A stretch of DNA of 64,000 nucleotides from Deinococcus sp. Lineage in GTDB: Bacteria > Deinococcota > Deinococci > Deinococcales > Deinococcaceae. The notes beneath the pieces are model-generated. The model was given only the letters and a program-made list of their open reading frames with translations. It was not told the origin of the DNA and did not search any database. Below are positions 63,481 to 64,000 of this stretch, one piece after another. The stretch lies in NCBI GenBank assembly GCA_965261005.1, contig OZ253375.1:716057-780056 (forward strand), written 5' to 3'. Numbering within the stretch: the stretch's first letter is position 1; the number at the start of each line of letters is the position of its first letter. Both the position numbers and the translations under genes were made by a program.

Positions 63481-64000
63481 TCAAACGAAGCCCAGAAAAG
63501 TCCCCAACCGCGCGTCCTCGAAGTCGGGCACGACCAGCGCCGCGCCGGCCTCCACAAGCGCCCCGGCGGGATGGCCGGTCGTGAGGCCCACCGTCCGGAT
63601 GCCCGCCGCCACCGCCGAGCGCACGCCCGAGGGCGAGTCCTCGAAGGCGACCGCCTCGTCCGCCCCCACCTTCAGCAGGCGCAGCGCCTCTTGGTAAGGG
63701 TCCGGCCAAGGCTTGCCGCGCGGCAGGTGCCCCGCCAGCACCACCCGCGCGAAGTGCGCCCGAATGCCCAGCGCCTCCAGCACAAAGGCGGCGTTCTCGC
63801 CGGGCGCGTTGGTGACCAGGGCCAAGGGTACCCCCCGCCGGGCGGCCTCCTCAAGCAGTGGCAGGGCGCCCGCGATGGGCGGCAAGTGCAGCGCCGCCTC
63901 GCGAAAGGCGGCCTCCTTGGCGTCCACGAACAGGGCGCCCTCCGCCTCGCTCAGCTGTGGCAGCACGTCGCGCACGATGTCGGGGTTCAGCCGCCCGCTG
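63481..64000 (-). CDS. HAD-superfamily hydrolase (beta-phosphoglucomutase-like), 5' end outside the window
   Basis: LALVTNAP, GKPWPDPY, AFEDSPSGVRSAVAAG. The frame stays open to the window edge and motif I (DxD) is not yet reached. Confidence 0.75.
   Translation of the reverse strand, partial: SGRLNPDIVRDVLPQLSEAEGALFVDAKEAAFREAALHLPPIAGALPLLEEAARRGVPLALVTNAPGENAAFVLEALGIRAHFARVVLAGHLPRGKPWPDPYQEALRLLKVGADEAVAFEDSPSGVRSAVAAGIRTVGLTTGHPAGALVEAGAALVVPDFEDARLGTFLGFV

Overview
Very GC-rich bacterial chromosomal segment. The gene content and signals fit a Deinococcus-type genome (inference only): many -10-like hexamers sit 5-9 nt upstream of start codons, there is a gnd-zwf-opcA-pgl cluster, and there are several DinB/OsmC/Ohr-type genes. 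I can support about 75 protein genes and one tRNA-Val. I see no rRNA, CRISPR array, transposase or prophage.

Most of the window is housekeeping:
- Information processing: rpoD, mutM, pdxH, aroE, gltX, argS, folD, nusB, ligA.
- Metabolism: hisBH, serA, aat, pstB-phoU and the oxidative pentose-phosphate cluster.
- Accessory modules: MoxR-DUF58-DUF4129, flotillin-NfeD, a FetAB-like exporter, two VapBC-type TA pairs, several two-component systems, a GH31 glucosidase and an NPCBM/beta-helix lipoprotein.

Non-routine observations:
1. The phoH ATPase gene is split just before Walker B by a 365-codon intein. It carries LAGLIDADG motifs and the Trp/Cys/Thr signature of class 3 inteins.
2. A roughly 3.3 kb, visibly more AT-rich cassette encodes a secreted prokaryotic phospholipase A2-like lipoprotein plus a NarL-type two-component system. 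It is bracketed by about 307-nt direct repeats of a partially duplicated membrane-protein gene.
3. A 29-nt perfect hairpin element occurs twice. One copy is inserted in frame inside the tam methyltransferase gene, and the other supplies its stop codon.
4. Tandem 15-bp repeats sit at gene ends (phoH 5', zwf 5', mutM 3', and the 5' end of a hypothetical gene). The phoH and zwf arrays look related at the DNA level.
5. Three tandem, distantly paralogous lipoproteins of unknown function lie together.
6. A self-contained small transcription unit (consensus promoter, 32-codon ORF, strong terminator) lies upstream of hisB.

The many long ORFs antisense to real genes in the ORF track are GC-driven shadow ORFs.
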